The notes beneath the pieces were generated by a model. The model saw only the letters and a program-made list of their open reading frames with translations. It did not search any database and was not told the DNA's origin. From NCBI GenBank assembly GCA_965215605.1, contig OZ244070.1:2048001-2112000 (forward strand): a stretch of 64,000 nt of DNA. Direction: 5' to 3'. Shown in pieces: positions 1 to 10,522 of the stretch. The DNA comes from an uncultured Candidatus Binatia bacterium. Lineage in GTDB: Bacteria; Desulfobacterota; Binatia; UBA9968; JAJDTQ01. The translations under genes were made by a program, and so were the position numbers. The stretch's first letter is position 1. The number at the start of each line of letters is the position of its first letter.

Positions 1-40
1 GTTCATCGACAACATCAAGAAGGAACTGGCGGCGAACTAG
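1..40 (+). CDS. 3' end of an upstream gene (partial)
   Basis: Reads FIDNIKKELAAN* from base 2 to TAG at 38-40, with host-like codon usage; followed by a palindromic repeat. Confidence 0.5.
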   Translation, partial: FIDNIKKELAAN

Positions 41-72
41 CCGCAATCCTTCACGCCAAGGGTTCCCACCAG

Positions 73-100
73 GTCATCCCGGGCTTGACCCGGGATTCAG
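73..100. repeat. REP-like palindrome, family A (GTCAYCCCGGGCTTGACCCGGGRTC)
   Basis: gtcatcccgggcttgacccgggattcag; related copies at 7456, 17421, 50696, 50737. Confidence 0.8.
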
Positions 101-107
101 GATTGAG

Positions 108-153
108 CGAAACGGGCGGCCGGTAGATGCAGAGACTGCCGGCCGCCCGTTCG
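108..153. other. Strong intergenic hairpin (terminator or regulatory)
   Basis: aacgggcggccgg (111-123) pairs with ccggccgcccgtt (139-151). Confidence 0.5.
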
Positions 154-174
154 TGTCTGGGCCCGGGGCGTGAC

Positions 175-624
175 ATGAGGCGAGGTTCCGTGAAGCACAT
201 TCTGGCAACCCTCGTGCTGTTGCTGCCTGCCGTGGCATTGGCGGACCACGAGCTCGAGAACCGCGACCTCCGCAACGGGCGGGCGCTCTATGCCGTGCAC
301 TGCGCTTCCTGCCATGGGGCCAAGCTTGAAGGTCAGCCCAACTGGCGGCGACCCGGCAAGGACGGGATCAGGCCCGCCCCGCCGCACGACGAAACCGGCC
401 ATACCTGGCATCACGACAACCACTATCTTTTCGACTACACCAGACTCGGCGGCAAGGCCCTGTTCGAGGCGCGCGGCCTGCCCGAAATCCCAAGCGGCAT
501 GCCCGGATCCTCCGAGGACCTCACCGACGACGGGATCTGGGACGTCCTCGCGTATATCCGCTCCACCTGGCCGGAGAGGATTCGCCAAATCCAGGCCACC
601 ACCAACCCACGCCATAAGCGGTGA
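175..624 (+). CDS. Monoheme class I cytochrome c (exported)
   Basis: Signal-peptide-like N-terminus, CASCH heme motif, APPHDETGHTWHH, distal Met in SGMP; start may be GTG at 190. Confidence 0.9.
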   Translation: MRRGSVKHILATLVLLLPAVALADHELENRDLRNGRALYAVHCASCHGAKLEGQPNWRRPGKDGIRPAPPHDETGHTWHHDNHYLFDYTRLGGKALFEARGLPEIPSGMPGSSEDLTDDGIWDVLAYIRSTWPERIRQIQATTNPRHKR

Positions 625-730
625 CCGATTGACCGGTTTGCCGCGCACCTATACCGCGGGTTCCAGACCCACGGTCAGCCGGGTGCCGAAGCGCCTGGGA
701 AATCTGACTCTTCGCCATCGCCCGGGATGG

Positions 731-764
731 CGTCCTTCGACTTCGCTTCGCTACGCTCAGGACG
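731..764. repeat. REP-like palindrome, family C (CCTTCGACTTCGCT..CGCTCAGG)
   Basis: cgtccttcgacttcgcttcgctacgctcaggacg; related copies at 37419 and 39733 (reverse). Confidence 0.75.
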
Positions 765-846
765 CAAGCCTCTACACCTCCGCCACGAGATCCTTGTAGG
801 ACAGCTCGGCCCTCGGTTACGTCAACGGACTTAACCAGACACCACA

Positions 847-1887
847 CTAGGCGATCATGGTCAACATGTCCTCGTGGATGGTGCGCCAGTCCCGGGCGAG
901 GTCGATACTACGGGCTCGGATCGAAAAGCCTTCCAGACAGACATCCGCCGCCAGCGGCGTGCTGACCACCGGGTAGAGCAAGATCCCCTCGTGCTTGGGT
1001 CCGGGCGATTCCGTGGCCTCGCGGTTCCGCAGGTAGGCCAGGAGTTGGTAGAGATTGTTCGAGTGCAGTTTTCCGCCGTAACGGCCTCCCAAGGAGTCCC
1101 GGTAATATTTGGCATCCATGATGATCCGCCGATCCGGCGCTTCGAGGATGACATCGGCTTCCATTCGCGGAAGCCTGGAGCGTTGGTGGTCAGGCGTGCC
1201 TTCGTCCTGCCACGTGATGGTGCGGCCGCGATGGTTGACGCGGTAGCGATCCTGCTCGCGGCGATAGAACTCGATGATGAAGTCCTCGTACAATTTTTCC
1301 ATGCGCTCTTCGTCGAAGTCCGTGAAACTCGCGTCTCCGGACTGTTCGTCGATCAGCAACTGCTCATGAATGAGCCGGCACACGGACAAAAGGAATCGAT
1401 AGTACCGGCGGTTGCGGTCGAGTTGTACCTGCTGGAAAAGCCGGCGATTCAACCGCACCACCCTTACGTCGGCGAGCTTCGTATAGGCATTTCGGACCTC
1501 CGCACGCACGTTCGCGTGCAAGTCCGGGATTCGCAGGAGAGTTCCGAGGGTGGAGCGCAGGATGCGGTTGTGCAGCACGTCATGGGACAACTCCTCGAAC
1601 ACACAAGTCACCTGGCCACGGGCACGCAGTGCCCGCTTGGCAGTCTCGCCCACGGCGATCTTCCCGCGGATGCCGGCGAGGTCCTCGCGCACTTCCCGAT
1701 AACCGCGATCGATGCCCCGGCGGATCAGCCGGAAGGTTCCCTCGGCCAGCACCTTCCCCAGGAGATCGTGGACTCTCTCCAGTCCTCCCAGTTCCTCCAG
1801 CCGGACCACGTCCTGCTCCTCGACATGGCTCCAGGCGTAGCAAAGGAGGTAGTAGATGTTGGCGATGGGGATTTTCCCTTCATTCAC
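847..1887 (-). CDS. mcrC: McrC 5-methylcytosine-specific restriction nuclease subunit
   Basis: IPIANIYYLLCYAW N-terminus, PD-(D/E)XK motif (ADVIL..IMDAKYY), NLYQLLAYL; overlaps mcrB. Confidence 0.92.
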   Translation of the reverse strand: MNEGKIPIANIYYLLCYAWSHVEEQDVVRLEELGGLERVHDLLGKVLAEGTFRLIRRGIDRGYREVREDLAGIRGKIAVGETAKRALRARGQVTCVFEELSHDVLHNRILRSTLGTLLRIPDLHANVRAEVRNAYTKLADVRVVRLNRRLFQQVQLDRNRRYYRFLLSVCRLIHEQLLIDEQSGDASFTDFDEERMEKLYEDFIIEFYRREQDRYRVNHRGRTITWQDEGTPDHQRSRLPRMEADVILEAPDRRIIMDAKYYRDSLGGRYGGKLHSNNLYQLLAYLRNREATESPGPKHEGILLYPVVSTPLAADVCLEGFSIRARSIDLARDWRTIHEDMLTMIA

Positions 1888-4096
1888 CGCGACACAACTC
1901 CTCTACCAGCCTGTCCACCTGCTCGGGGCGGTCGAACCAGTACTCGCGCAGCAAGGGTGCGATCTGGGTATCGACGATGCCCCGATACCACTGCTCGTCC
2001 GCCGACTCCTCGGGCACGAAGTAGCTGTGTCCGATCTGGAAGCCGGGGCCCAGGTCCTTGTCCTCACGGATGCGTTCGTTGAGTGCCGACAGGTTGCGGT
2101 CGATCCGGTCCACGAGGGCGCGGTCGACATCCGCCTCGAGCAGGTATTCCCGGAATTGCCTGGTGCCGAAGGCGGGCTGAAGTGTCTCGAACGCGAACCG
2201 GCGGCGAAGCGCGTAATCCACAATCGCCAGAGATCGGTCCGCGGTGTTCATGAGGCCCAGTAGATGTACGTTGTCGGGGACGCTGAAGCGTTCTCCGGAA
2301 GCCCCGTAGGTCAGCGCGATGGCGTGCTCCGGGCCACGCTTGTCCGCTTCGATGAGCATGAGCAACTCCCCGAAGATCCGCGACAGATTTCCTCGGTTGA
2401 TCTCGTCGATGATGAAGACGAAGGGCGTCTCCGGCTGCTGCTTCGCGCGTTCGCAGAACTCGAAAAACACACCGTTTCGGAGCGTGAAGCCGCCCGTCGC
2501 CGTCGGTCGCCAGCCTTGAACAAAGTCCTCGTAGGCGTAGGATTGATGGAACTGCACCATGTCGACGAAACGCGGATCCTGGTACCCGATCAGGCACCAC
2601 GCGATCCGTCGCGCGATGAAGGTCTTGCCGACTCCCGGCGGCCCTTGGAGGATCAGGTTCTTCCGCAGCGCCATGGAGTCGAGAATGCGATGAAGCTGTG
2701 ATTCTTCGACGAACAGGTCGGTGAGCGCGGTGGTAACGTCGTAGATTGGAGGCTTCTTGCAGTTGAGTTTTGGGCTGGGACCAAGTCCGCTGGCGGGATC
2801 GATCAATTCGAAGGCATCCCGCAGCCATTTCTTGTAGGGAGTGAACCGAGTCAACGTCTTGGTGGTGATCAAGTCGTTCAGGCTGATGGGGGTATCGCAA
2901 GGATGCCACTCAACCCTCCGGAGGTTCCGATATTCGGCTCGCTCGGGGTCGTGCGTGTAGTCACCGGTCACTTTTCCCCATCCGAGAATGACAGAGCGTC
3001 CTTTCTTCGAGATGAGGATGTCACCGATCCTCATCTCATGCACGAATTCCCACGTGGCACGTGAGTGGCTGCTTCTTTGCCCGCGGCCGTTCTCGATCAA
3101 CGCGTTGTGGAGGGCCTCCCTGGAGTCGTATTCGCCAAGGTCACCGAGTTCGTCGTATTCGATGGCCGCGATACCATGTTCGCGGAAATCTCCCCATAGG
3201 CGTGCCCCCCGGCCCGCCCCGATGACCCACACGTCCGCCGTGCCGAAACGGTCCCGGTACCATGCCTCATCAATGTTCTCTGAGTGCTTTGTCGGTGGCG
3301 GGCGGCTTAGCCAACGCTCGATCAACGGTGGTTCGTAGAACAGTACTTCCTCACCAGGACGCTCGTCTTGAAGCCGTCCCACTACCGCCTGAAGTGCCTT
3401 GTCGAGGTTCACGAGGTCCATCTTGTCAACATCAGGCTTCTCGCTGGTCCCTTCAGAGAAGGCTTGGACGATGGCTTTCTTGTGGTTTAGCGAGATGACG
3501 GGCTCAAACACGTCAGGGAACATGAGAAACAACAGGGCATGACGAAATAGACGCTGGCGGCCTTCTCTGTGACTATCGATCCACTCCGCGAAAACCCAGG
3601 GGTCACCCAGCAGCGATAGCCGATCCTGCGGGGCACGTGAGCCCCAGTCGAGCATGATCGTGATGATGAAGTTGAAGTCATGTCGTTGGTGTCCCAGGTA
3701 GGTCATGCCTGGAAAGAGGATCCCAGCGTCCAGAACATCGCCTAGCGCCGGGTGATCTTCAGGCAGCGCCGCTCCCGACGATTCCCAAACCGTCCTGATC
3801 CTGTCGAGCTTCGTTACCCCTTTCACCCCACTGACGATCAGGAGGAAGAGCCACGTCATTTCCGCCCACAGACGCTTCGCCTCAGGCGGCGTGGGCTCGA
3901 GTTGGTGCCGCAGTTTCTCCTCGAACGAGCCGGCTCCCTTGTCGGGGCGTTCGACGAAGTGGGTATGGAGTTGTCCAAAGTAATCCTGCGTCCAGAGCCG
4001 TTCGTCGGTGAACACCGAACCGCCGTCGATCAAACACCTCTGTTTCCATTGCTCGGCGGCCTCGAGGATGAGAGCGGCACGTTCCAGTCGACTCAT
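1880..4096 (-). CDS. mcrB: McrB-family AAA+ GTPase with extended N-terminal recognition domains
   Basis: GPPGVGKT Walker A, QFHQSYAYEDF, IDEINRGN Walker B, MNTAD McrB signature, ALRRRF; start MSRLER with GGAGG RBS. Confidence 0.92.
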   Translation of the reverse strand: MSRLERAALILEAAEQWKQRCLIDGGSVFTDERLWTQDYFGQLHTHFVERPDKGAGSFEEKLRHQLEPTPPEAKRLWAEMTWLFLLIVSGVKGVTKLDRIRTVWESSGAALPEDHPALGDVLDAGILFPGMTYLGHQRHDFNFIITIMLDWGSRAPQDRLSLLGDPWVFAEWIDSHREGRQRLFRHALLFLMFPDVFEPVISLNHKKAIVQAFSEGTSEKPDVDKMDLVNLDKALQAVVGRLQDERPGEEVLFYEPPLIERWLSRPPPTKHSENIDEAWYRDRFGTADVWVIGAGRGARLWGDFREHGIAAIEYDELGDLGEYDSREALHNALIENGRGQRSSHSRATWEFVHEMRIGDILISKKGRSVILGWGKVTGDYTHDPERAEYRNLRRVEWHPCDTPISLNDLITTKTLTRFTPYKKWLRDAFELIDPASGLGPSPKLNCKKPPIYDVTTALTDLFVEESQLHRILDSMALRKNLILQGPPGVGKTFIARRIAWCLIGYQDPRFVDMVQFHQSYAYEDFVQGWRPTATGGFTLRNGVFFEFCERAKQQPETPFVFIIDEINRGNLSRIFGELLMLIEADKRGPEHAIALTYGASGERFSVPDNVHLLGLMNTADRSLAIVDYALRRRFAFETLQPAFGTRQFREYLLEADVDRALVDRIDRNLSALNERIREDKDLGPGFQIGHSYFVPEESADEQWYRGIVDTQIAPLLREYWFDRPEQVDRLVEELCRGE

Positions 4097-4226
4097 AGAA
4101 CCTCCCTGCAGCAACTACTGTTTCTTCTGCATTCGTAGACACTGTGTCCGGCATCCGCAAATCTATAGAACTGCACGGTTTCTCTCGCCGCTTTGAGCCC
4201 GATCTGATAACGTCGTCTGAAGGCCC

Positions 4227-5627
4227 GTGAATCACTCTGTAATCAATTCGGATGCACCGGTGACGGTGGGAGCGGGGCGGAAAGGCGGGAGTCCTTCGGC
4301 GGGGTTGTGGGAGACCGTCCGCCGGGAGTGCTCCCGGGGCGGACCGCCGGGCATCGTCCGGGTGGAAACCGTGATCCCGCGCATCGACGCCTTGGCATGG
4401 CTGCGTGCGCAGGAGGCCGGTACCGTCAGGTTTTACTGGGCGGGCAGGGCCGGCGAGCATGAGGTGGCCGGTGCCGGCGTCGCCGACGTCGTCACGGGCG
4501 GGGAATCGAACGCGGTCGACTCGCTGTTCGAGCAGTTGCGCGCCCGCCTTGAGACCGTCCGGACGGCGGCGCGGTACTTCGGCGGCATGCGCTTCAATGG
4601 GGAATGCGCCGAGGATGCGGCCTGGCGGGACTTCGGCTGCTACCGGTTCGTATTGCCGCGGTTCGAGCTGAGCCAACGGGGCTCCGACAGCGTGTTGGCG
4701 TGCCAATGGCTGCGTTCTTCCGCCAACGCCGACACTCTGATGCGGGAGGTGGATGCGCTGGTTTTCCCGGAAACCACGGTCGCCTGCGTCCACCTCGACG
4801 GTGCCGCCCGCGACGACCTGCCTGACAGGGCCGGATGGGACGCCGCGGTGGCGGGGTCCCTCGCTCACGTTTCTGCCGGAGACCTGGACAAGGTCGTCCT
4901 GGCGCGGAAATCCACGTTCGCCTTTGCGACGGAGCTCGATTCCCTGGCCTGTCTCCAGGCGTTGTTGCCGGCGGCGGACCGCTGCTATCGTTTCTGCTTC
5001 GCATCCTCCGCCGGCCGGGCCTTTCTGGGCGCGTCGCCGGAGCGGCTGTACCGTCGGGATGGGCGCCAGATCGTGTGCGACGCCATCGCCGGCACGCGCA
5101 CGCGCGGCGACGGCGTGTCCCTGGACCGGCAACTGGAACGGGACCTCATGGGCAGCGACAAGGAGCGGCGGGAGCAGGACTATGTGGTCCGGGGAATTCG
5201 GGAGAACCTGGCGCCGTTGTGCGGCTCGCTGAACGCTGCGGCCGATCCGTCGGTAGTCAAGCTGCACCAGTGCCAACACCTCATGAGCACGTTCGAGGGC
5301 GTGCTCCGCGACGGCGTCGGCGACGCCGAGCTGTTGAAGGCGCTGCACCCGACCCCGGCTGTCGGCGGCTACCCCACCGACCGTGCCCTCCGGGAGATCG
5401 AGGAGAAAGAACCCTTCGACCGAGGCTGGTACGCGGGTCCCGTGGGCTGGGTGGGGCGTGACGGTGCCGAGTTCGCGGTGGCGATCCGCTCCGGGCTCGT
5501 GGACGGTTCGACGCTCTCGGTGTTCTCCGGCGCGGGGATCGTGGCCGGCTCGGTGCCCGGGGACGAGTGGGAAGAGCTGGACTACAAGATCAGCCACTTC
5601 ACCCAGGCCCTCAACCTTCCGCGATGA
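4227..5627 (+). CDS. menF: Isochorismate synthase
   Basis: KVVLARK, GASPERL, AIAGT, LHPTPAVGG, DRGWYAGPVGW, GAGIV chorismate-binding motifs; first gene of men operon. Confidence 0.92.
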   Translation: MNHSVINSDAPVTVGAGRKGGSPSAGLWETVRRECSRGGPPGIVRVETVIPRIDALAWLRAQEAGTVRFYWAGRAGEHEVAGAGVADVVTGGESNAVDSLFEQLRARLETVRTAARYFGGMRFNGECAEDAAWRDFGCYRFVLPRFELSQRGSDSVLACQWLRSSANADTLMREVDALVFPETTVACVHLDGAARDDLPDRAGWDAAVAGSLAHVSAGDLDKVVLARKSTFAFATELDSLACLQALLPAADRCYRFCFASSAGRAFLGASPERLYRRDGRQIVCDAIAGTRTRGDGVSLDRQLERDLMGSDKERREQDYVVRGIRENLAPLCGSLNAAADPSVVKLHQCQHLMSTFEGVLRDGVGDAELLKALHPTPAVGGYPTDRALREIEEKEPFDRGWYAGPVGWVGRDGAEFAVAIRSGLVDGSTLSVFSGAGIVAGSVPGDEWEELDYKISHFTQALNLPR

Positions 5628-7459
5628 CCAGCCCGCAAGCCCCCAACCTCAACCAACTGTGGGCATCGCTTCTGATCGAGGAGCTCGTCCGCAACGGCGT
5701 CGACACGTTCTGCGTGGCTCCCGGTTCTCGAAGCACGCCGCTGGTGGTGGCCGTGGCGCGAAACGGCCAGGCCCGGAGCATCGTCCACTACGACGAGCGC
5801 GGCGCGGCCTTCCATGCCCTGGGGCACGGGCGGGTTACCGGGACGCCCGCCGCCGTCGTCACCACCTCGGGCAGCGCTCTGGCCAACGTGTGGCCGGCGG
5901 TGGTGGAGGCGTCGCTGGAGCGGGTGCCGCTGCTGGTGCTGAGCGGCGACCGGCCGCCGGAGCTGCAGGACGCCGGCGCCAACCAGACCATGGACCAGGT
6001 CAAGTTCTTTGGCGCTTACGTCGAGTGGTCGGCGACTCTTCCGTGTCCTTCGGCCGACGTCGATCCGGCGGTGGTGCTGACCACCGTGGATCAGGCGGTG
6101 AGCCGCTGCGGCGGACACTCCGGCGGCGCCGTCCATATCAACTGCATGTTCCGCGAGCCTCTGGCTCCCACGGAACAGCGTGAGGACTTCGACGCGTATC
6201 TGGAACCGGTGCAGGCGTGGCGCGATGCCGGCCAACCCTACACCCGTTACGAGCGTGCACGGGTCCGCCCGGAACCGGAACTGCTGGCGGATGTGGCGGA
6301 GTTGGTCGCGCGCCGTCCCCGCGGCCTCCTGGTGGCGGGTCGGCTGGCGGGTCCGGCGGAGTGCGATGCCGTAGCCGAACTCGCCGAGACGCTGGGCTGG
6401 CCGCTCCTCCCCGATGTGACCTCGGGGCTTCGGCTGGACAGCAGGCCCAAGGTCGTTGTGCCCTACCAGGATGTCTTGCTGGGCTCCCAAGAGTTCCTGC
6501 GGCAGCACCCTGTCGAGGCCGTGATACACGTCGGCGGCCGGTTTACCTCGAGACGGCTGCCGGACCATCTGGAAGCCGTGCGGCCCGGGGACTACGTTGT
6601 CGTGGACGAGCATCCGGACCGCCAGGACCCCATCCACCGGGCGACAAAGCGGTTCCAACTCCCGGTGGCGGAGTTCTGCGGGGCCATGAGGGCGGTGGTG
6701 GCGGATGCCCGAGCAACGGGCGGTGCGGTGAATGCGGCGGCGGCCAGGGAATCCAGGGGAGCCCCGGACGCCGGTTGGCTGGCGGGCTGGCAAAGGGCGT
6801 CGGAGCACGTCGGCCGGCGCCTCGATGCGCTGCTGTCCCGGGACCAGACCCTGAACGAGCCCAAGGTCGCGTGGCTCGTGTCACGCCACATCGGAGCGGA
6901 TGAAGGGCTGTATCTCGCGTCGAGCATGCCGGTCCGGGACGTGGACACCTTCGGCTGTCCGAGGCCGGATCCGGTGGTGGTGGCCGCCAACCGGGGCGCC
7001 AGCGGCGTGGACGGCACCATCGCCACGGCCACGGGTTTTGCGCGGGGGCTGGGGAAGGGCGTCACGCTCATGATCGGCGACCAGGCATTTCTGCACGACC
7101 TGAATTCCCTGCGGTTGTGCCGGACCCTGGATACCCCGTTCGTCATCGTCGTGTTGAACAACGACGGCGGCGGGATCTTCTCGTTCCTTCCCATCGCCGG
7201 CTTCGCCGACGTTTTCGAGCCTTACTTCGGCGCGCCCCACGGCATGAACTTCGAGCACGCCGCGGCGCTGTTCGATCTCGAGTACGCCAGTCCGGCGACG
7301 GCGGACGGGTTCGTCGAAGCGTACGGCGAAGCCCGGGGCCGGCCCGGTGCCACCGTGATCGAAGTGCAGACCGCGCGCCGGGACAACTACGACCTCCACG
7401 TGAGTCTGCGAAAGGCCGCGCTGGAAGGACTCGACTCCCCCGTCATCAATTCTTCGTGA
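5624..7459 (+). CDS. menD: SEPHCHC synthase (TPP-dependent)
   Basis: APGSRSTPL, DERGAAF, TTSGSA, GANQT, NRGASGVDG, NNDGGGIF; ATGA overlap with menF. Confidence 0.95.
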   Translation: MTSPQAPNLNQLWASLLIEELVRNGVDTFCVAPGSRSTPLVVAVARNGQARSIVHYDERGAAFHALGHGRVTGTPAAVVTTSGSALANVWPAVVEASLERVPLLVLSGDRPPELQDAGANQTMDQVKFFGAYVEWSATLPCPSADVDPAVVLTTVDQAVSRCGGHSGGAVHINCMFREPLAPTEQREDFDAYLEPVQAWRDAGQPYTRYERARVRPEPELLADVAELVARRPRGLLVAGRLAGPAECDAVAELAETLGWPLLPDVTSGLRLDSRPKVVVPYQDVLLGSQEFLRQHPVEAVIHVGGRFTSRRLPDHLEAVRPGDYVVVDEHPDRQDPIHRATKRFQLPVAEFCGAMRAVVADARATGGAVNAAAARESRGAPDAGWLAGWQRASEHVGRRLDALLSRDQTLNEPKVAWLVSRHIGADEGLYLASSMPVRDVDTFGCPRPDPVVVAANRGASGVDGTIATATGFARGLGKGVTLMIGDQAFLHDLNSLRLCRTLDTPFVIVVLNNDGGGIFSFLPIAGFADVFEPYFGAPHGMNFEHAAALFDLEYASPATADGFVEAYGEARGRPGATVIEVQTARRDNYDLHVSLRKAALEGLDSPVINSS

Positions 7460-7500
7460 CCCCGGGCTTGACCCGGGGTCCAGGTCGGGGGGGCCTGGAC
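7456..7500. repeat. REP-like palindrome, family A, plus hairpin
   Basis: gtgaccccgggcttgacccggggtccagg overlapping the menD stop. Confidence 0.8.
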
Positions 7501-7539
7501 TGATGACTAGCCCGGACCGACCATTCCAAGGACACCAGA

Positions 7540-8346
7540 TTGCCCGACCGGTATCCACTCCACTACGAACTTCAGGGCAGCGGCCGGGACACCGACCCGG
7601 CGCTGTTGTTCCTGCACGGCTTCACCGGCTCCGGGCGGGACTGGACGGAGACGGTGGAGGCGCTTCCCGACCGCCGGTGCATCCTGGTGGACCTTCCGGG
7701 CCACGGGTTGAGCGCAGGTTACCCGCCCATACTCTATCCGATGCCCCAGGCGGCGCTGGCGCTGCTCGCGGTGCTGGACGCACTCGGGATAGGGCAGTGC
7801 GTGCCGGTGGGTTATTCCATGGGCGCACGGCTTGCCCTCTACGTGGCGTTGACCCACCCGGACCGTTGCCGCGCCGTGGTGTTGGAGTCAGGGTCGCCCG
7901 GACTCGCCTCGGAGCGTGAGCGTGAGGCCCGGCGCGAGTGGGACGAATCCAAGGCCTCGGAGCTGGAACGGCGGGGGTTGGATGCCTTCCTGCAAGACTG
8001 GTACCGGCAGCCGCTGTTCCATACCATTCACCGTAACGAGGCGCGCTTCGACGCGCTGATGGAGCGGCGGCGGCGCAACGACCCCGGGGGCCTCGCCCGC
8101 TCCCTCCGGTTCATGGGCACGGGCTCCCAGCCCTCCCTGTGGCCGCAACTCCCGCGGATGCCGCTTCCATGGCTGGCTGTGGCCGGTGAGCTCGACGCCC
8201 GCTACAGAAAAACCATGCAGGATATGGTAAGCCTCTCGGAAAATGGCAGGCTCGTGACCATCCCGGACGCGGGCCACAATACGCATTTCGAGAACCCCGA
8301 GGCATTCTCCCGCGCTCTGCGGGAGTTTCTGGTGTCCCGCCGCTGA
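7540..8346 (+). CDS. menH: SHCHC synthase (alpha/beta hydrolase)
   Basis: LHGFTG, DLPGHG, GYSMG nucleophile elbow, [22 protein letters not shown]; operon context. Confidence 0.92.
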   Translation: MPDRYPLHYELQGSGRDTDPALLFLHGFTGSGRDWTETVEALPDRRCILVDLPGHGLSAGYPPILYPMPQAALALLAVLDALGIGQCVPVGYSMGARLALYVALTHPDRCRAVVLESGSPGLASEREREARREWDESKASELERRGLDAFLQDWYRQPLFHTIHRNEARFDALMERRRRNDPGGLARSLRFMGTGSQPSLWPQLPRMPLPWLAVAGELDARYRKTMQDMVSLSENGRLVTIPDAGHNTHFENPEAFSRALREFLVSRR

Positions 8347-8374
8347 CGAGCCGGCGGGTTGACGTCGTCTCCGC

Positions 8375-8498
8375 GTCTTTCCCGCGAAAGCGGGAATCCA
8401 GGGGCGTGGACGGTCGCCGCATTCGGCGGCCTTCCAGGCTGCATCGCTGCTGGATTCCCGCCCCGATCGGGGTCGAAGGCATGCTTCGCGGGAATGAC
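8375..8498. repeat. Inverted pair of REP-like palindromes, family B (GTCATTCCCGCG..GCGGGAATCCA)
   Basis: gtctttcccgcgaaagcgggaatccag (8375-8401) and ctggattcccg...gcgggaatgac (8450-8498); related copy at 51631. Confidence 0.8.
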
Positions 8499-8546
8499 GG
8501 AGGAGTGGGGAGCGTCTTCGGAATCGACCGAAAGCAGAGGACAGCC

Positions 8547-9362
8547 ATGATCGAATGGATCGAGGCGGGACAGTACACCGACATCAAGTACCACAAGACC
8601 GACGGCATCGCGAAGATCACCATCAACCGTCCGGAGGTGCGCAACGCCTTCCGGCCGCTGACGGTGGAGGAGATGATCCAGGCGCTGGACGAGGCGCGCA
8701 ACGACCCGGCCATCGGCGTGGTGATCCTCACCGGCGAGGGCAGGGAAGCGTTCTGCTCCGGCGGCGACCAGAAGGTTCGCGGGGATTCGGGGTACAAGGA
8801 CGGGGCCGGCGTGCACCGGCTGAACGTGCTGGATTTCCAGCGGCAGATGCGCAGTTGCCCCATGCCCGTCATCGCCATGGTGGCGGGTTACGCGGTGGGC
8901 GGCGGCCACGTGCTGCACGTGATGTGCGACCTCACCATCGCCGCGGACAACGCCATCTTCGGGCAGACCGGCCCGCGGGTAGGCTCCTTCGACGGCGGCT
9001 ACGGCGCCACCTACCTGGCGCGCATCGTGGGGCAGAAGAAGGCGCGTGAGATCTGGTACCTGTGCCGGCAGTACAACGCGCAGCAGGCCCTGGACATGGG
9101 GCTGGTGAACGCGGTGGTGCCGTACGAGCGGCTCGAGGAGGAGACGGTCCAGTGGTGCCGCGAGATCCTCGCCAACTCGCCCATCGCCATCCGCTGCCTC
9201 AAGGCTTCGTTCAACGCGGACTGCGACGGCCAAGCCGGCCTGCAGGAGCTGGCGGGCAACGCCACCATGCTCTTCTACATGACCGAGGAAGGGCAGGAGG
9301 GGCGGAACGCCTTCGTCGAGAAGCGCAAGCCGGACTTCTCGAAGTTTCCCCGGCGCCCCTGA
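8547..9362 (+). CDS. menB: 1,4-dihydroxy-2-naphthoyl-CoA synthase
   Basis: [45 protein letters not shown]; AGAGGA RBS. Confidence 0.97.
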   Translation: MIEWIEAGQYTDIKYHKTDGIAKITINRPEVRNAFRPLTVEEMIQALDEARNDPAIGVVILTGEGREAFCSGGDQKVRGDSGYKDGAGVHRLNVLDFQRQMRSCPMPVIAMVAGYAVGGGHVLHVMCDLTIAADNAIFGQTGPRVGSFDGGYGATYLARIVGQKKAREIWYLCRQYNAQQALDMGLVNAVVPYERLEEETVQWCREILANSPIAIRCLKASFNADCDGQAGLQELAGNATMLFYMTEEGQEGRNAFVEKRKPDFSKFPRRP

Positions 9363-9385
9363 CAACAACCGGCAAGGGGACCCCA

Positions 9386-10288
9386 GTGGCACAGGACCAC
9401 CTCCCCGAGCCGCCCGGCGCCGTCTCCGTCTGGTTGCTGGCGGCCCGCCCCAAGACGCTCTGGGCATCCATCGCCCCCGTGCTCATCGGCACCGCCATGG
9501 CCTTCGGCGACGGCGGCTTCCACGCGCCCGCGGCGCTGGTGGCGCTGGCGTGCTCGGTGCTGATCCAGGTCGCCACCAACTTCGCCAACGACCTCTTCGA
9601 CTACCAGAAGGGCGCCGACACCGAGGCCCGCCAGGGCCCTTTGCGGGTCACCCAAGCCGGTCTCGCAACCCCCGGCATGATGAAGCGCGGCATCCTCGTG
9701 GTGCTGCTGCTGACGCTGCTCGGCGGCCTCTACCTCATCTGGCGCGGCGGTTGGCCGGCGGTCCTGATCGGCGTCTTCTCGGTGGCGTGCGGGATGCTCT
9801 ACACCGGCGGACCCCGTCCCCTGGGCTACATGGGACTGGGCGACCTCTTCGTGTTGATCTTCTTCGGCCCGGTGGCGGTGGCCGGCACTTACTACGTGCA
9901 GGCGCTGACGGTGAACTCCACGGTGATCGTCGCCGGCCTGGCGCCGGGGCTCCTGTCGGTGGCTATCCTCGCGGTCAACAACCTCCGCGACGCGGACGAA
10001 GACGGCCGCACCGGCAAGCGCACGCTGGCGGTTCGCTTCGGGCCGGCCTTCGCCCGCGCCGAATACATCATCGCCGTGGTGGTGGCCTGCCTGCTGCCGC
10101 TCCTGCTCTACCTCGCCTCGGGACGCCACCCCTACTCGGTCGCCACCGTGGCCGTGGTGGCCGTGGCCGTGCCAGCCTTTCGCCGCCTCTTCGTCCTCGA
10201 CGGTCCGCTCCTGAACCCCGTCCTCGCCTACACCGCCAAGCTTCTGTTGCTGTACAGCGCGGTGTTCTCCATCGGTTGGGTGCTGTGA
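9386..10288 (+). CDS. menA: 1,4-dihydroxy-2-naphthoate polyprenyltransferase
   Basis: AARPKTL, NFANDLFDYQKGAD, YTGGP, VNNLRD..D..GKRTLAVR; multi-pass membrane protein. Confidence 0.95.
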   Translation: MAQDHLPEPPGAVSVWLLAARPKTLWASIAPVLIGTAMAFGDGGFHAPAALVALACSVLIQVATNFANDLFDYQKGADTEARQGPLRVTQAGLATPGMMKRGILVVLLLTLLGGLYLIWRGGWPAVLIGVFSVACGMLYTGGPRPLGYMGLGDLFVLIFFGPVAVAGTYYVQALTVNSTVIVAGLAPGLLSVAILAVNNLRDADEDGRTGKRTLAVRFGPAFARAEYIIAVVVACLLPLLLYLASGRHPYSVATVAVVAVAVPAFRRLFVLDGPLLNPVLAYTAKLLLLYSAVFSIGWVL

Positions 10289-10522
10289 GGCCTCCCGCTC
10301 AGGACGCTAGCTCTCGACCAACCGTTCGATCCACCGGCCATGGTTCTCGCAGTTCGCCACCAGATCAGCGAACGAAGCCATAGGTCTCCTGCCGGTCGTC
10401 GGCGTCGGGCGAAGGCGCGGATTTGGTTGGAGACGGGGTCGGACATGGGCGGTCGCTTCCCGGCGGGAGTTCAAAATCCCCGCGGGGTAGTGATATCAAA
10501 GGGGAACAAGGCAACCCGGTGC

